In this document: piece after piece, positions 20,788 to 32,182 of the stretch
How positions within the stretch are numbered: position 1 is the first letter of the stretch
Layout of the letters: every line of letters starts with the position of its first letter
Source of the DNA: Opitutales bacterium
GTDB lineage: Bacteria; Verrucomicrobiota; Verrucomicrobiia; Opitutales; UBA2987
Direction of reading: 5' to 3'
Length of the DNA: 64,000 nt
Assembly: GCA_965226885.1 (NCBI GenBank)
Contig: CBDDEL010000014.1
Location: 384,001-448,000, forward strand
The notes under the pieces: model-generated
Told to the model about the DNA's origin: nothing
What the model saw: only the letters and a program-made list of their open reading frames with translations
Database searches by the model: none
Made by a program: the position numbers and the translations under genes

Positions 20788-22604
20788 GAGGCTGTCCCAA
20801 AAGGGTGATTTTTGCGAGGGCTTTTGATAGGCGCTCATTCTAGAGTTATCTGCATTTGGGAGAGTATCAACTTTGCTCTCCTATGACGTTAGGATACTGG
20901 TTTTGGGGTCCGGTTGCCTGGTTTTCTTTGTATGAGCCGACAGTACGGCTGTGAAAAAGTATTGTCCTTGCTTTTCCGCTCTCTAGGCCGCCGCTTTGGT
21001 TTTTAGTTCGTCTTGCTGGGCCAGCATCTTGGCTACTTTCCATAGGTTGTGCGAGAGTACCGACCAGGCTACGCTGATCGAGCGGTTGGCAAAGCCTTTG
21101 CTGCGCAACCGCCCGGCCTGCCAGCGATTCTTCAATACCCCGATCCGCCCTTCGGTGCTGGCCCGGCGCTTTTGCAATTGTCTGAACAGTGGTTCCTCCA
21201 TCCGTTTTTTCAACTGCTTCGGATCGCGTGGACAGAGCGCGTCGTAGATTCCCTCCTGGGCTAACTGCCGGCGGGCCCGCTGGGAGGCAAATCCCCGGTC
21301 CGCGCACATGGCCGCTATGGGTTCTTCCAGGTTGAAGCGGTTCTGTCTTTGCAAACTCTCTTGCATTTGTTCATTTTCGCTTGGAGTTCGGCTGCCGTAG
21401 AGTTTCCAGTCCAGCAGGTACCCTTCAACGCTTTCTCCCAAAAACAGGGTGTTGCCGAACTCGACCTCTTGGCCCGCTTTACCTCGCACAATCACCTGCC
21501 CATCGAGTTCGTAAACACTCAAGACTTTCTCTGCGTTTTTCACCTGGCGGCGGCCAATGATCCGCTCGTGCGCCTGTTTGATGACCACCGGGATTTGCTC
21601 GCTCATGCGCTCCATCCGGGCGAGGATCTGTTGGACCTGTTTTTCGCTGTAATCGCTTTGCTCCCAGCAGGCTTGCAATAATTCCCGGTGACTGCGGGCA
21701 TGCTCCCCGATCCGTTTGAGCAGCTTTTTCATCTGCCTCAAGATACCCTTGCGCTGCCGCGCGCTGTCCTTTCGCCGCCGGCTGTGGGTCATCTGTATGC
21801 ACAGCCGATTCATCTGCCGAGCCAAGGGCTCCGGTTCGATCGGCATGCGATGGCGCAAACCGGCCTTCTCGCGGATCAGCCGGATCGCTTTGAGCAACGT
21901 GCCGGCTACATCCTTGAGTAATACCCAGTCCGTCGGCCAATGAATGTTAGCCTCCAAACAGGTGCCGTCGATCAGGCAAATGGAGGTGTCAATCGGCTTG
22001 TCCAATCCCACCTGCCGGGCCAGAAGGGCATCGCCCACCACCTCAGTCAAGGTCCGGTGCAAGGCCCTCAACTGCTCTTCGCTGAAAAACTTCGAGGCCC
22101 GCTCCAGGGTGCTTTTGGAGATGCCCCTGATGCCATCGATCTGCCGGACACGGCAAAAGTCGGCCAACAGATCGCTGCTGCCCAGAGCCCGCGACAAATG
22201 CCGAAACGAAATCCCTCCGAGCAGACGGCCCAGCGTATCCATGCGCAGTGCCTTGATGGCAAAACTGGCCCGCTGCCGCCGGGCCTTTAGACCCATTGGC
22301 GGCCACCCCTCCAAGGCCAGCTCAATGGCCTGCGATCCCACCTCCGAGTCGATCAGCAGCCGATCGATTCGATCAATGGTGGCGCGGAAGTTATCGTAAT
22401 CGAGGCACCGGTCGACCACAGTTAAAGCTGGACGCAGGAGGCATTGGATGGCTATATTTTTCATAGAAAGGGCTATATTGATTTTCGCTAACTCAATTAT
22501 AGAACCCTTTTTTGGCCGGATCGAGCAAAAACTTGCTCTTTCCGGCTCTTTTTATCAACGTCATCCAGTTGACTATAAAATCTTTATATTTTTGGGACAG
22601 CCTC
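20788..22604 (-). mobile_element. IS5/ISNCY-like DDE element copy 1 (transposase 20983-22464)
   Basis: IRs GAGGCTGTCCCAAAA/TTTTGGGACAGCCTC within a TA-repeat target; IDGTCLEANIHWPTD, RGKAGQEVEFG, ADRGF, RASTEGRIG; family assignment uncertain. Confidence 0.87.
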
Positions 22605-22971
22605 TATATAGTCTCTTCGCTTAGTGAACGCGCATCATTCCTATTCATGAACCTACTTTAGCATAAGTTATTGATATGTCACTATTTATTTGCCGGATTA
22701 ATAACTTATACTCAACGACATAACATATTCCATCAACAACTCGTTTATCCAATTTGAGTTTATTTTCATCTGGCAAATCAAATATACCATTCTTCTTTAA
22801 ACTGGACCAAAACTCTTTTGGTTGCAATGAAGGCTCGAATTCATATCCCATTCCCGGACAGCGTGACAGGTGTTTAAAAGTAAATCCTTGCTTCCCGTTA
22901 TTGATGACAATTCCGTCGAGAGGATGCCCGCCTATTACACCCATTGATAAACCAAACCCACTCCAAATTCT

Positions 22972-23773
22972 GGTAGTGTATTAAGTAGGAATGGTGGCTA
23001 ATTCTTGATTATATTCATGAATGAAAAGTCTCAGACAGGTTTCATGCATACTCTTAAGCTTGGAAAAGGAGAGGGTTTTGCGTGTGAAACGACCCAGTCG
23101 TTGGCGCAGGGTATTGTTCCATCGTTCCACATGGGCCGTTTCACCGGTTTCTTTTCCCACGGATCGGTTATGAGGAAAGACTTCATCATAAGTGCTCCAA
23201 AAGTCGCTGTAGGTGGCACATCTTTTGTAGGCCCGTGGCAGACGCTCGTAAAGTTCCCGGCAACGATACCAATCCCGAGGCCCAATGGCATAGGAGAGGA
23301 TTTGACGGGTGCGTCGGCAAAGAGCGATCCAAACCCATTGGGCATCGCTCTTGCGCCCCACAAAAGACCACAGTTCGTCCAGTTCAATGACATCATGGCG
23401 GCGGGCCGCAAGAATCGTGCTTTTGAGCGGTCGCAGCGATTGTCGTTTTTTTTAACCAACTCAAAACGGTGTTGGGACTCACCCCGAAGGCGCGCTGTAA
23501 ACCGCGTAGACTGCTGCGTTCCTGATAGACTCGAAGGATCATTTCTTTTTGCTCTTCGGTGTATTTCACTGTGGGGTTTTCGCGGCTTTGTTTACCACAA
23601 TCATGGCAGCGGTAGCGCTGTTTATGGTTGGGCGTCTTGCCAAATTTAATGATATTTTCACTTCCACAGTGCCGACAATTAATAATTTTAGTAACCATGC
23701 ACTAAGAATAAACTGCCTAACGCTATTTGTACAGCTAAAAATACAAAATAACATTCTTTTTTTATACACTACC
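22972..23773 (-). mobile_element. IS1 type A copy 4 (apparently intact)
   Basis: 8-bp duplication CAAATTCT; insA 23393-23698; intact A8C. Confidence 0.95.
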
Positions 23774-24032
23774 CAAATTCTTATCTCGGATTCAAGGGTA
23801 TTCAACTCCTTTACTTTCAATGGAATAAGGCCTGAGAGAACCGTCTTTCGGTCAATGGATTCAAAAAAAATAGAATGCCAGGACACAGAAGTAACAGGAT
23901 CAGGAAGTAAGGGTTTTGCCAGAGATATCGTTTGAATTATGAGAAAAAATGTGATGGTAATTACTTTCATAGCAATGTTTCGTAATAACTCTGCTCTCTA
24001 CTTGTAAACGCGTGGAAATTCTGATTTATTAG

Positions 24033-25599
24033 CCCGGATATTTCGTAAAAAAAGTATCGTTGATATGCTTAACTGCTGATATACAGCAGGATAGATCAAT
24101 AATTAAAGCAATATCAGCGATGACAAAAGGTAAACAATTAAAGCTACAGTTGACAAGGGTAAAAGGCCGCCGTGTGCGGGTTGATTTCAAGGGCGGAGAG
24201 GTTACTTCGGATGCCGGACTGCTTTTGATCCGGGAAGTGGATCGGCAGTTGGGCTTGACCGAACGAGCGGCCCGACAGTTAGTGGACAAACGGCAGAAGG
24301 GCAAAGTACGCCATGAGGTATTGGGGATGCTGCGGCAGCGCGTTTACGGGCTGGTGGCGGGCTATGAGGATTTGAACGACTTTGATACCCTGCGCCACGA
24401 TCCATTGTTGCAAACGGTAACGGGGCGCATTGAAACGTTGGCCAGCGCGCCGACTTTGTGTCGTTTTGAAAACGGGCAGGATCGGCGGGCGGCCTTTGCG
24501 GTAAACGAGCTGTTGGTCGAACAGTTCATGGGCTCCTTTGCCGAGGAACCCGAAGAGATCATCCTGGACTTTGACGGCACCGACAATCCGGTGCACGGGC
24601 TCCAGGAGGGACGTTTTTTCCACGGTTATTATGATCATTACTGTTTTCTGCCGCTATATGTTTTTTGCGGTGATCAGCTGCTGGTGGCCTACCTGCGGCC
24701 GAGCAAGATCGATGCCAGCAAGCATGCCGGGGCCATCCTCAAATTGCTGGTTAAACGGATTCGCCAAAGCTGGCCCCGTACGCGGATTATTTGGCGCGCC
24801 GACAGTGGATTTTGTCGAGACCGGATACTCTCTTGGTGCGACCGCAACGAAGTTAGTTACATCGTGGGGATGGCTCGCAATGCACGCTTGCAGCAAGACG
24901 CCCAGCAGTTGCAAAAGCAGGCCAAAGAATGGTTCGAACTAAGGGGTGAAAAACAACGGTTATTCCAGGACTTCGTCTATGCTGCCGATTCGTGGCGATG
25001 GCTGCGGTTGGTCATCCATAAAGCCGAACACACCGCACAGGGGTCCAACCCGCGCTTCGTGGTGACGAACCTGCCGGGCGATCCCCAGGAGCTTTACGAC
25101 AAGGTATACTGTGGCCGCGGTGAAATGGAGAACCGAATCAAGGAACAGATGCAATTGTTCAGCGAGCGCACCAGCGCCCATCAATGGTGGGCCAATCAGT
25201 GGCGATTGCTCTTGTCGGCGCTGGCCTACACCTTGATGGAAGCCATGCGCCGGTTAGCCTTAAAAGGGACGAAGTGGGCGCGGGCCCAATGCCACACCCT
25301 GCGGCTCAAATTAATCAAGATCGGAGCGGTCATCGTGCGCAACACCCGAACGATTCACTTTCACCTAAGTGAGAGTTATCCTTGGGCCAGTCTTTTCAAC
25401 CATGCGGCCCGCCGATTGGTGCCAACCTAAAGGGTGCATTGGTGCTGCCCCCGGCACTACCGAACCAATGGGGGAAAGGGGGCAGTGTCTCTACACCCTG
25501 AAAAACACCTAAAAATCAAGACGATCTGCTCAAAATACAAAGAAATCCATCTCCAATAGCAATAACGAGCCAAACTTTACCCTTCATGAAATATCCGGG
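24033..25599 (+). mobile_element. IS1380-family element copy 1 (transposase 24060/24120-25430)
   Basis: IRs CCCGGATATTTC; TSDAGLLL, GYEDLND, LDFD, RADSGF, GEMENRIKE; flanks TTAG/CTAA do not match. Confidence 0.95.
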
Positions 25600-25659
25600 C
25601 TAAGGTAGTAATACCTGGCCCTTCCATTGCGGGTAGCGGTGGAATTGAGGATGAAATCA

Positions 25660-26461
25660 GGTAGTGTATTAAGTAGGAATGGTGGCTAATTCTTGATTAT
25701 ATTGATGAATGAAAAGTCTCAGACAGGTTTCATGCATACTCTTAAGCTTGGAAAAGGAGAGGGTTTTGCGTGTGAAACGACCCAGTCGTTGGCGCAGGGT
25801 ATTGTTCCATCGTTCCACATGGGCCGTTTCACCGGTTTCTTTTCCCACGGATCGGTTATGAGGAAAGACTTCATCATAAGTGCTCCAAAAGTCGCTGTAG
25901 GTGGCACATCTTTTGTAGGCCCGTGGCAGACGCTCGTAAAGTTCCCGGCAACGATACCAATCCCGAGGCCCAATGGCATAGGAGAGGATTTGACGGGTGC
26001 GTCGGCAAAGAGCGATCCAAACCCATTGGGCATCGCTCTTGCGCCCCACAAAAGACCACAGTTCGTCCAGTTCAATGACATCATGGCGGCGGGCCGCAAG
26101 AATCGTGCTTTTGAGCGGTCGCAGCGATTGTCGTTTCTTTTAACCAACTCAAAACGGTGTTGGGACTCACCCCGAAGGCGCGCTGTAAACCGCGTAGACT
26201 GCTGCGTTCCTGATAGACTCGAAGGATCATTTCTTTTTGCTCTTCGGTGTATTTCACTGTGGGGTTTTCGCGGCTTTGTTTACCACAATCATGGCAGCGG
26301 TAGCGCTGTTTATGGTTGGGCGTCTTGCCAAATTTAATGATATTTTCACTTCCACAGTGCCGACAATTAATAATTTTAGTAACCATGCACTAAGAATAAA
26401 CTGCCTAACGCTATTTGTACAGCTAAAAATACAAAATAACATTCTTTTTTTATACACTACC
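25660..26461 (-). mobile_element. IS1 type A copy 5 (slippery site mutated; no target duplication)
   Basis: A8C changed to AAAAGAAAC; abuts a truncated IS1380 end. Confidence 0.93.
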
Positions 26462-28011
26462 GGGTAAAGTTTGGCTCGTTATTGCTATTGGAGATGGATT
26501 TCTTTGTATTTTGAGCAGATCGTCTTGATTTTTAGGTGTTTTTCAGGGTGTAGAGACACTGCCCCCTTTCCCCCATTGGTTCGGTAGTGCCGGGGGCAGC
26601 ACCAATGCACCCTTTAGGTTGGCACCAATCGGCGGGCCGCATGGTTGAAAAGACTGGCCCAAGGATAACTCTCACTTAGGTGAAAGTGAATCGTTCGGGT
26701 GTTGCGCACGATGACCGCTCCGATCTTGATTAATTTGAGCCGCAGGGTGTGGCATTGGGCCCGCGCCCACTTCGTCCCTTTTAAGGCTAACCGGCGCATG
26801 GCTTCCATCAAGGTGTAGGCCAGCGCCGACAAGAGCAATCGCCACTGATTGGCCCACCATTGATGGGCGCTGGTGCGCTCGCTGAACAATTGCATCTGTT
26901 CCTTGATTCGGTTCTCCATTTCACCGCGGCCACAGTATACCTTGTCGTAAAGCTCCTGGGGATCGCCCGGCAGGTTCGTCACCACGAAGCGCGGGTTGGA
27001 CCCCTGTGCGGTGTGTTCGGCTTTATGGATGACCAACCGCAGCCATCGCCACGAATCGGCAGCATAGACGAAGTCCTGGAATAACCGTTGTTTTTTACCC
27101 CTTAGTTCGAACCATTCTTTGGCCTGCTTTTGCAACTGCTGGGCGTCTTGCTGCAAGCGTGCATTGCGAGCCATCCCCACGATGTAACTAACTTCGTTGC
27201 GGTCGCACCAAGAGAGTATCCGGTCTCGACAAAATCCACTGTCGGCGCGCCAAATAATCCGCGTACGGGGCCAGCTTTGGCGAATCCGTTTAACCAGCAA
27301 TTTGAGGATGGCCCCGGCATGCTTGCTGGCATCGATCTTGCTCGGCCGCAGGTAGGCCACCAGCAGCTGATCACCGCAAAAAACATATAGCGGCAGAAAA
27401 CAGTAATGATCATAATAACCGTGGAAAAAACGTCCCTCCTGGAGCCCGTGCACCGGATTGTCGGTGGCGTCAAAGTCCAGGATGATCTCTTCGGGTTCCT
27501 CGGCAAAGGAGCCCATGAACTGTTCGACCAACAGCTCGTTTACCGCAAAGGCCGCCCGCCGATCCTGCCCGTTTTCAAAACGACACAAAGTCGGCGCGCT
27601 GGCCAACGTTTCAATGCGCCCCGTTACCGTTTGCAACAATGGATCGTGGCGCAGGGTATCAAAGTCGTTCAAATCCTCATAGCCCGCCACCAGCCCGTAA
27701 ACGCGCTGCCGCAGCATCCCCAATACCTCATGGCGTACTTTGCCCTTCTGCCGTTTGTCCACTAACTGTCGGGCCGCTCGTTCGGTCAAGCCCAACTGCC
27801 GATCCACTTCCCGGATCAAAAGCAGTCCGGCATCCGAAGTAACCTCTCCGCCCTTGAAATCAACCCGCACACGGCGGCCTTTTACCCTTGTCAACTGTAG
27901 CTTTAATTGTTTACCTTTTGTCATCGCTGATATTGCTTTAATTATTGATCTATCCTGCTGTATATCAGCAGTTAAGCATATCAACGATACTTTTTTTACG
28001 AAATATCCGGG
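26462..28011 (-). mobile_element. IS1380 copy 2 (3' IR removed by adjacent IS1; ORF 26614-27984)
   Basis: Near-identical to copy 1; lacks the terminal 17 bp. Confidence 0.94.
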
Positions 28012-28015
28012 CTAG

Positions 28016-29583
28016 CCCGGATATTTCATGAAGGGTAAAGTTTGGCTCGTTATTGCTATTGGGAGATGGATTTCTTTGTATTTTGAGCAGATCGTCTTGA
28101 TTTTTAGGTGTTTTTCAGGGTGTAGAGACACTGCCCCCTTTCCCCCATTGGTTCGGTAGTGCCGGGGGCAGCACCAATGCACCCTTTAGGTTGGCACCAA
28201 TCGGCGGGCCGCATGGTTGAAAAGACTGGCCCAAGGATAACTCTCACTTAGGTGAAAGTGAATCGTTCGGGTGTTGCGCACGATGACCGCTCCGATCTTG
28301 ATTAATTTGAGCCGCAGGGTGTGGCATTGGGCCCGCGCCCACTTCGTCCCTTTTAAGGCTAACCGGCGCATGGCTTCCATCAAGGTGTAGGCCAGCGCCG
28401 ACAAGAGCAATCGCCACTGATTGGCCCACCATTGATGGGCGCTGGTGCGCTCGCTGAACAATTGCATCTGTTCCTTGATTCGGTTCTCCATTTCACCGCG
28501 GCCACAGTATACCTTGTCGTAAAGCTCCTGGGGATCGCCCGGCAGGTTCGTCACCACGAAGCGCGGGTTGGACCCCTGTGCGGTGTGTTCGGCTTTATGG
28601 ATGACCAACCGCAGCCATCGCCACGAATCGGCAGCATAGACGAAGTCCTGGAATAACCGTTGTTTTTTACCCCTTAGTTCGAACCATTCTTTGGCCTGCT
28701 TTTGCAACTGCTGGGCGTCTTGCTGCAAGCGTGCATTGCGAGCCATCCCCACGATGTAACTAACTTCGTTGCGGTCGCACCAAGAGAGTATCCGGTCTCG
28801 ACAAAATCCACTGTCGGCGCGCCAAATAATCCGCGTACGGGGCCAGCTTTGGCGCATCCGTTTAACCAGCAATTTGAGGATGGCCCCGGCATGCTTGCTG
28901 GCATCGATCTTGCTCGGCCGCAGGTAGGCCACCAGCAGCTGATCACCGCAAAAAACATATAGCGGCAGAAAACAGTAATGATCATAATAACCGTGGAAAA
29001 AACGTCCCTCCTGGAGCCCGTGCACCGGATTGTCGGTGGCGTCAAAGTCCAGGATGATCTCTTCGGGTTCCTCGGCAAAGGAGCCCATGAACTGTTCGAC
29101 CAACAGCTCGTTTACCGCAAAGGCCGCCCGCCGATCCTGCCCGTTTTCAAAACGACACAAAGTCGGCGCGCTGGCCAACGTTTCAATGCGCCCCGTTACC
29201 GTTTGCAACAATGGATCGTGGCGCAGGGTATCAAAGTCGTTCAAATCCTCATAGCCCGCCACCAGCCCGTAAACGCGCTGCCGCAGCATCCCCAATACCT
29301 CATGGCGTACTTTGCCCTTCTGCCGTTTGTCCACTAACTGTCGGGCCGCTCGTTCGGTCAAGCCCAACTGCCGATCCACTTCCCGGATCAAAAGCAGTCC
29401 GGCATCCGAAGTAACCTCTCCGCCCTTGAAATCAACCCGCACACGGCGGCCTTTTACCCTTGTCAACTGTAGCTTTAATTGTTTACCTTTTGTCATCGCT
29501 GATATTGCTTTAATTATTGATCTATCCTGCTGTATATCAGCAGTTAAGCATATCAACGATACTTTTTTTACGAAATATCCGGG
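28016..29583 (-). mobile_element. IS1380 copy 3, in tandem with copy 2 (ORF 28186-29556)
   Basis: Separated from copy 2 only by CTAG (28012-28015). Confidence 0.95.
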
Positions 29584-29872
29584 TTAAGATGCACGCCAGT
29601 CCCGAAATTGGAAAGCTCATGCTGACCCCCGGAAAAGCTGTTCCAGACAGCATCATTGCTTCAAAGATTCTGAAAATTGATCCTGGCGAGTGGGATAAGG
29701 TAAAGGCGGTTCTATTAGAATATGGCGTTGCCTCCATCTGCCCTGCTACAGGCGCTTTAATGTGTAGTAGAATGGTTCAGGATGCGCGACATAGAGTGAA
29801 GTCCAGAGCGCATGGTAAACGCGGTGGCAACCCTACCCTTAAGCCTACCCTTAACCCCCCCTTAACCCCCAC
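29584..29872 (+). pseudogene. Internal fragment of a phage-type replication initiator with iteron-like repeats
   Basis: MHASPEIGKL...GALMCSRMVQD...HGKRGGNPTL followed by 11-12-bp repeats AA(C/G)CCTACCCTT; both ends cut by IS. Confidence 0.55.
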
Positions 29873-31200
29873 TGACGTGTACTGGATTTGTTGGACACGG
29901 GATTCTCTTATATTCATTGTTTATTGATTAGTGTGTCAGGCGGCTTGTTTTGGTAAAGGGTTTTGTTTTCTCGTTGCCCCCCATGGGGGGCAAATATTTT
30001 CCTCGAATTGGACTGGGCTTTGGTAACTCAGAGAGGAATGTTTGCGATATCGGTTGTAGAAGATTTCCACGTATTCGAAGACAGTTGATCGCAGTTCGCG
30101 CTCGTCGGCAAAGTGGCGGCCTCGAATCGTGCTGGTCTTGAAGCGGCCGTAGAACGATTCCATGGCCGCGTTGTCGTAGCAGTTGCCTTGGGCGCTCATG
30201 CTCGGCTTCATGCCTAGTTCAGAGACCAGCCTCTGATAGTCGTCGCTGGCGTAGGGGCTGCCCCGATCGCTGTGATGAATAATCCCGGTGCGCAGTGTGC
30301 CGCGGGTCATGGCCGCGGCTTTGAGGGCCTTGCCAACCAGCTTCGCGTCGTTGTGGTTGGAAACGCTCCAGCCCAGCAGGCGTCGGCTGAACAGGTCCAT
30401 CACCGTGGCCAAGTACATCCAACCGGCCAGGGTCCGTAGGTAGGTCGTGTCCGCCACCCAGACCTCGTCGATATGGGTCGGCTGGCCATGCTTTTTAAGC
30501 ACATTGGGGCTGTAACCATAGGGATGGTTACTGTTGGTTTTTAATGGCTTAAAGCGTTTACTCTGGGTGCTTTTGATTCCCATTTCACGCATCAGACGCA
30601 GAGCCCGGTCACGGCCGCAATCGATGCCCTCATCATCCTTCAGATGGCGGTGCATTGGCCGATGCCCATAGCGGCCCTTGGCCTCTTTGTGTACCTTCAG
30701 GATCGCCCCCTTGATTCCCTCGTCCTCGATCCGCCGGGCCGAGGGCGCTCGGTGCCTCCAGCAGTAATAGCCACTGCGACAAATCCCCATCGCCGAGCAT
30801 ATTTCCTCGATCTTGAAGCGCCCCTCGTTGTCTTTGACAAACTGGTACTTCATTGTTCGTCCTTGGCAAAGTAGCCCACCGTTTTTTTTAGTATCTGGTT
30901 GATCCGCTCCGAGCGGCGCAGCTCTTTGCGAAGACGATCTATCTCGGCCGCCATCTCCTTCGGACTGCTCTGTCGCTTTGAGGTGGCTTCGCCCTGCTGA
31001 TCGTCCAGATAGAGCCTCTTCCACCTATACAATTGGTTGGTGTTGACCCCAAGTTTGGTCGATACCTCGGTGGCGCTCAGACCATCGAGTATCATCAGTT
31101 GAACTGCCTCATTTTTGAACTCTATACTAAAGCGTCTTCTTCCCATGCTTCGATTCTCCATTTAGGAGAATCTCGTGTCCACTTTTTCCAGTGCACATCA
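29873..31200 (-). mobile_element. IS3 type B copy 2
   Basis: Reverse complement of 17073-18400 with few SNPs; no target duplication. Confidence 0.94.
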
Positions 31201-31361
31201 CCTCGGCCTATGACGGCTTGCCGTTTACCCATGAGTCGGTCCCGGCACAGTGTCTCCGAGTACGTCAAAGACATGGCCCACACCAATGGAGTGGAGTCAT
31301 TTTAGGCCCCGTTGAAACGGGCGCACAAAGGGACGTTCCACAAGCTGTCACCTAAACACCT
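31201..31361 (+). pseudogene. IS1595-family transposase fragment
   Basis: HSVSEYVKDMAHTNGVESF*APLKRAHKGTFHKLSPKHL, with a TAG where Trp is expected. Confidence 0.8.
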
Positions 31362-32174
31362 GGCATTGTCAGAGAAAACCAGGCTTGATTCGGCGGGATG
31401 CGTCTTGAAAGTGTCTTTGGATGAAGAGCCCCTTTCGCTATTTCAAGACTTCGCCCGAAATCATCCGCCTTGCGGTGATGATATATGTGCGCTTCCCACT
31501 GTCGCTACGCAATGTCGAGGACCTTCTCCACGAGCGCGGGATCGAGGTGAGCCACGATCCGATCCGGTTCTGGTGGAACCGTTTTGGCCCGATCTTTGCC
31601 GCCGAGATCCGCAAGAAGCGGAAGGGTCGAATACGCGCGTTGTTGGGTTGGCGGTGGCACCTCGATGAGGTGTTCGTGAAAATCAATGGCGAACGCCATT
31701 ACCTGTGGCGTGCCGTGGACCAGGAAGGCGAGATGCTGGAGGCCTTTGTCTCGAAGAAGAGAGATCGCAAGGCCGCCTTGAAATTCCTCAGGAAACTGAT
31801 GAAGCGCTACCCTCGACCGGATGCGATCATCACGGATCGGCTAAGGTCTTACCGCGCGGCATTGCGTGAACTGGGCGGAAGCGGTCGGCATCAAGCTGGC
31901 CGCTGGCTGAACAATCGTGCGGAGAATTCCCACCTGCCGTTCCGGCGACGAGAACACGCGATGCTCCGTTTCAGGCGGATGCGAAGCCTCCAGAAATTTG
32001 CCACCGTCCATTCTTCCGTCTACAACCACTTCAACCTGCGACGATTCCTCTGCTCACGGGACAATTTCAAGCTCAACCGCGCCGCTGCACTTGCCCAGTG
32101 GCGTCAACTCGGGGCGGCCTAATTCCCTATCGCCAGCGGAGAACTCAGACCTGCTAATTTCCTCTGACAGTGCC
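31362..32174 (+). mobile_element. IS6-family element (transposase 31421-32122)
   Basis: IRs GGCATTGTCAGAG/CTCTGACAGTGCC; WHLDEVFVKING...LWRAVD, ITDRLRSY, NNRAENSH. Confidence 0.94.
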
Positions 32175-32182
32175 CTCCCCTC

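Larger units (their letters stand above)
18956..22701 (-). mobile_element. IS630-family element type A carrying nested IS1 and IS5/ISNCY-like elements
   Basis: IRs TTAATCCGGCAA/TTGCCGGATTAA flanked by TA; rebuilt transposase MNRNDARSLSEETIYELR...WGDETG...IVDNLRVH...YSPELNPDE. Confidence 0.9.
18813..23970 (-). pseudogene. Low-GC hypothetical exported protein (~200 aa) split into three pieces by IS1 and IS630
   Basis: Removing IS1 (CAAATTCT duplication) gives ...EIRIW-SGFGLSMGVIGG...; removing IS630 (TA) gives ...VVEYKL-EAWYRTYHYCNPKYY...QDK*; the N-terminus MKVITITFFLIIQTISLA resembles a signal peptide. Confidence 0.8.

Noticed and set aside
25431..25475. HDV-like ribozyme in the IS1380 tail
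   Set aside because: P2/P3-like stems and CGAA are present, but there is no compatible P1 and no G(G) for P1.1.
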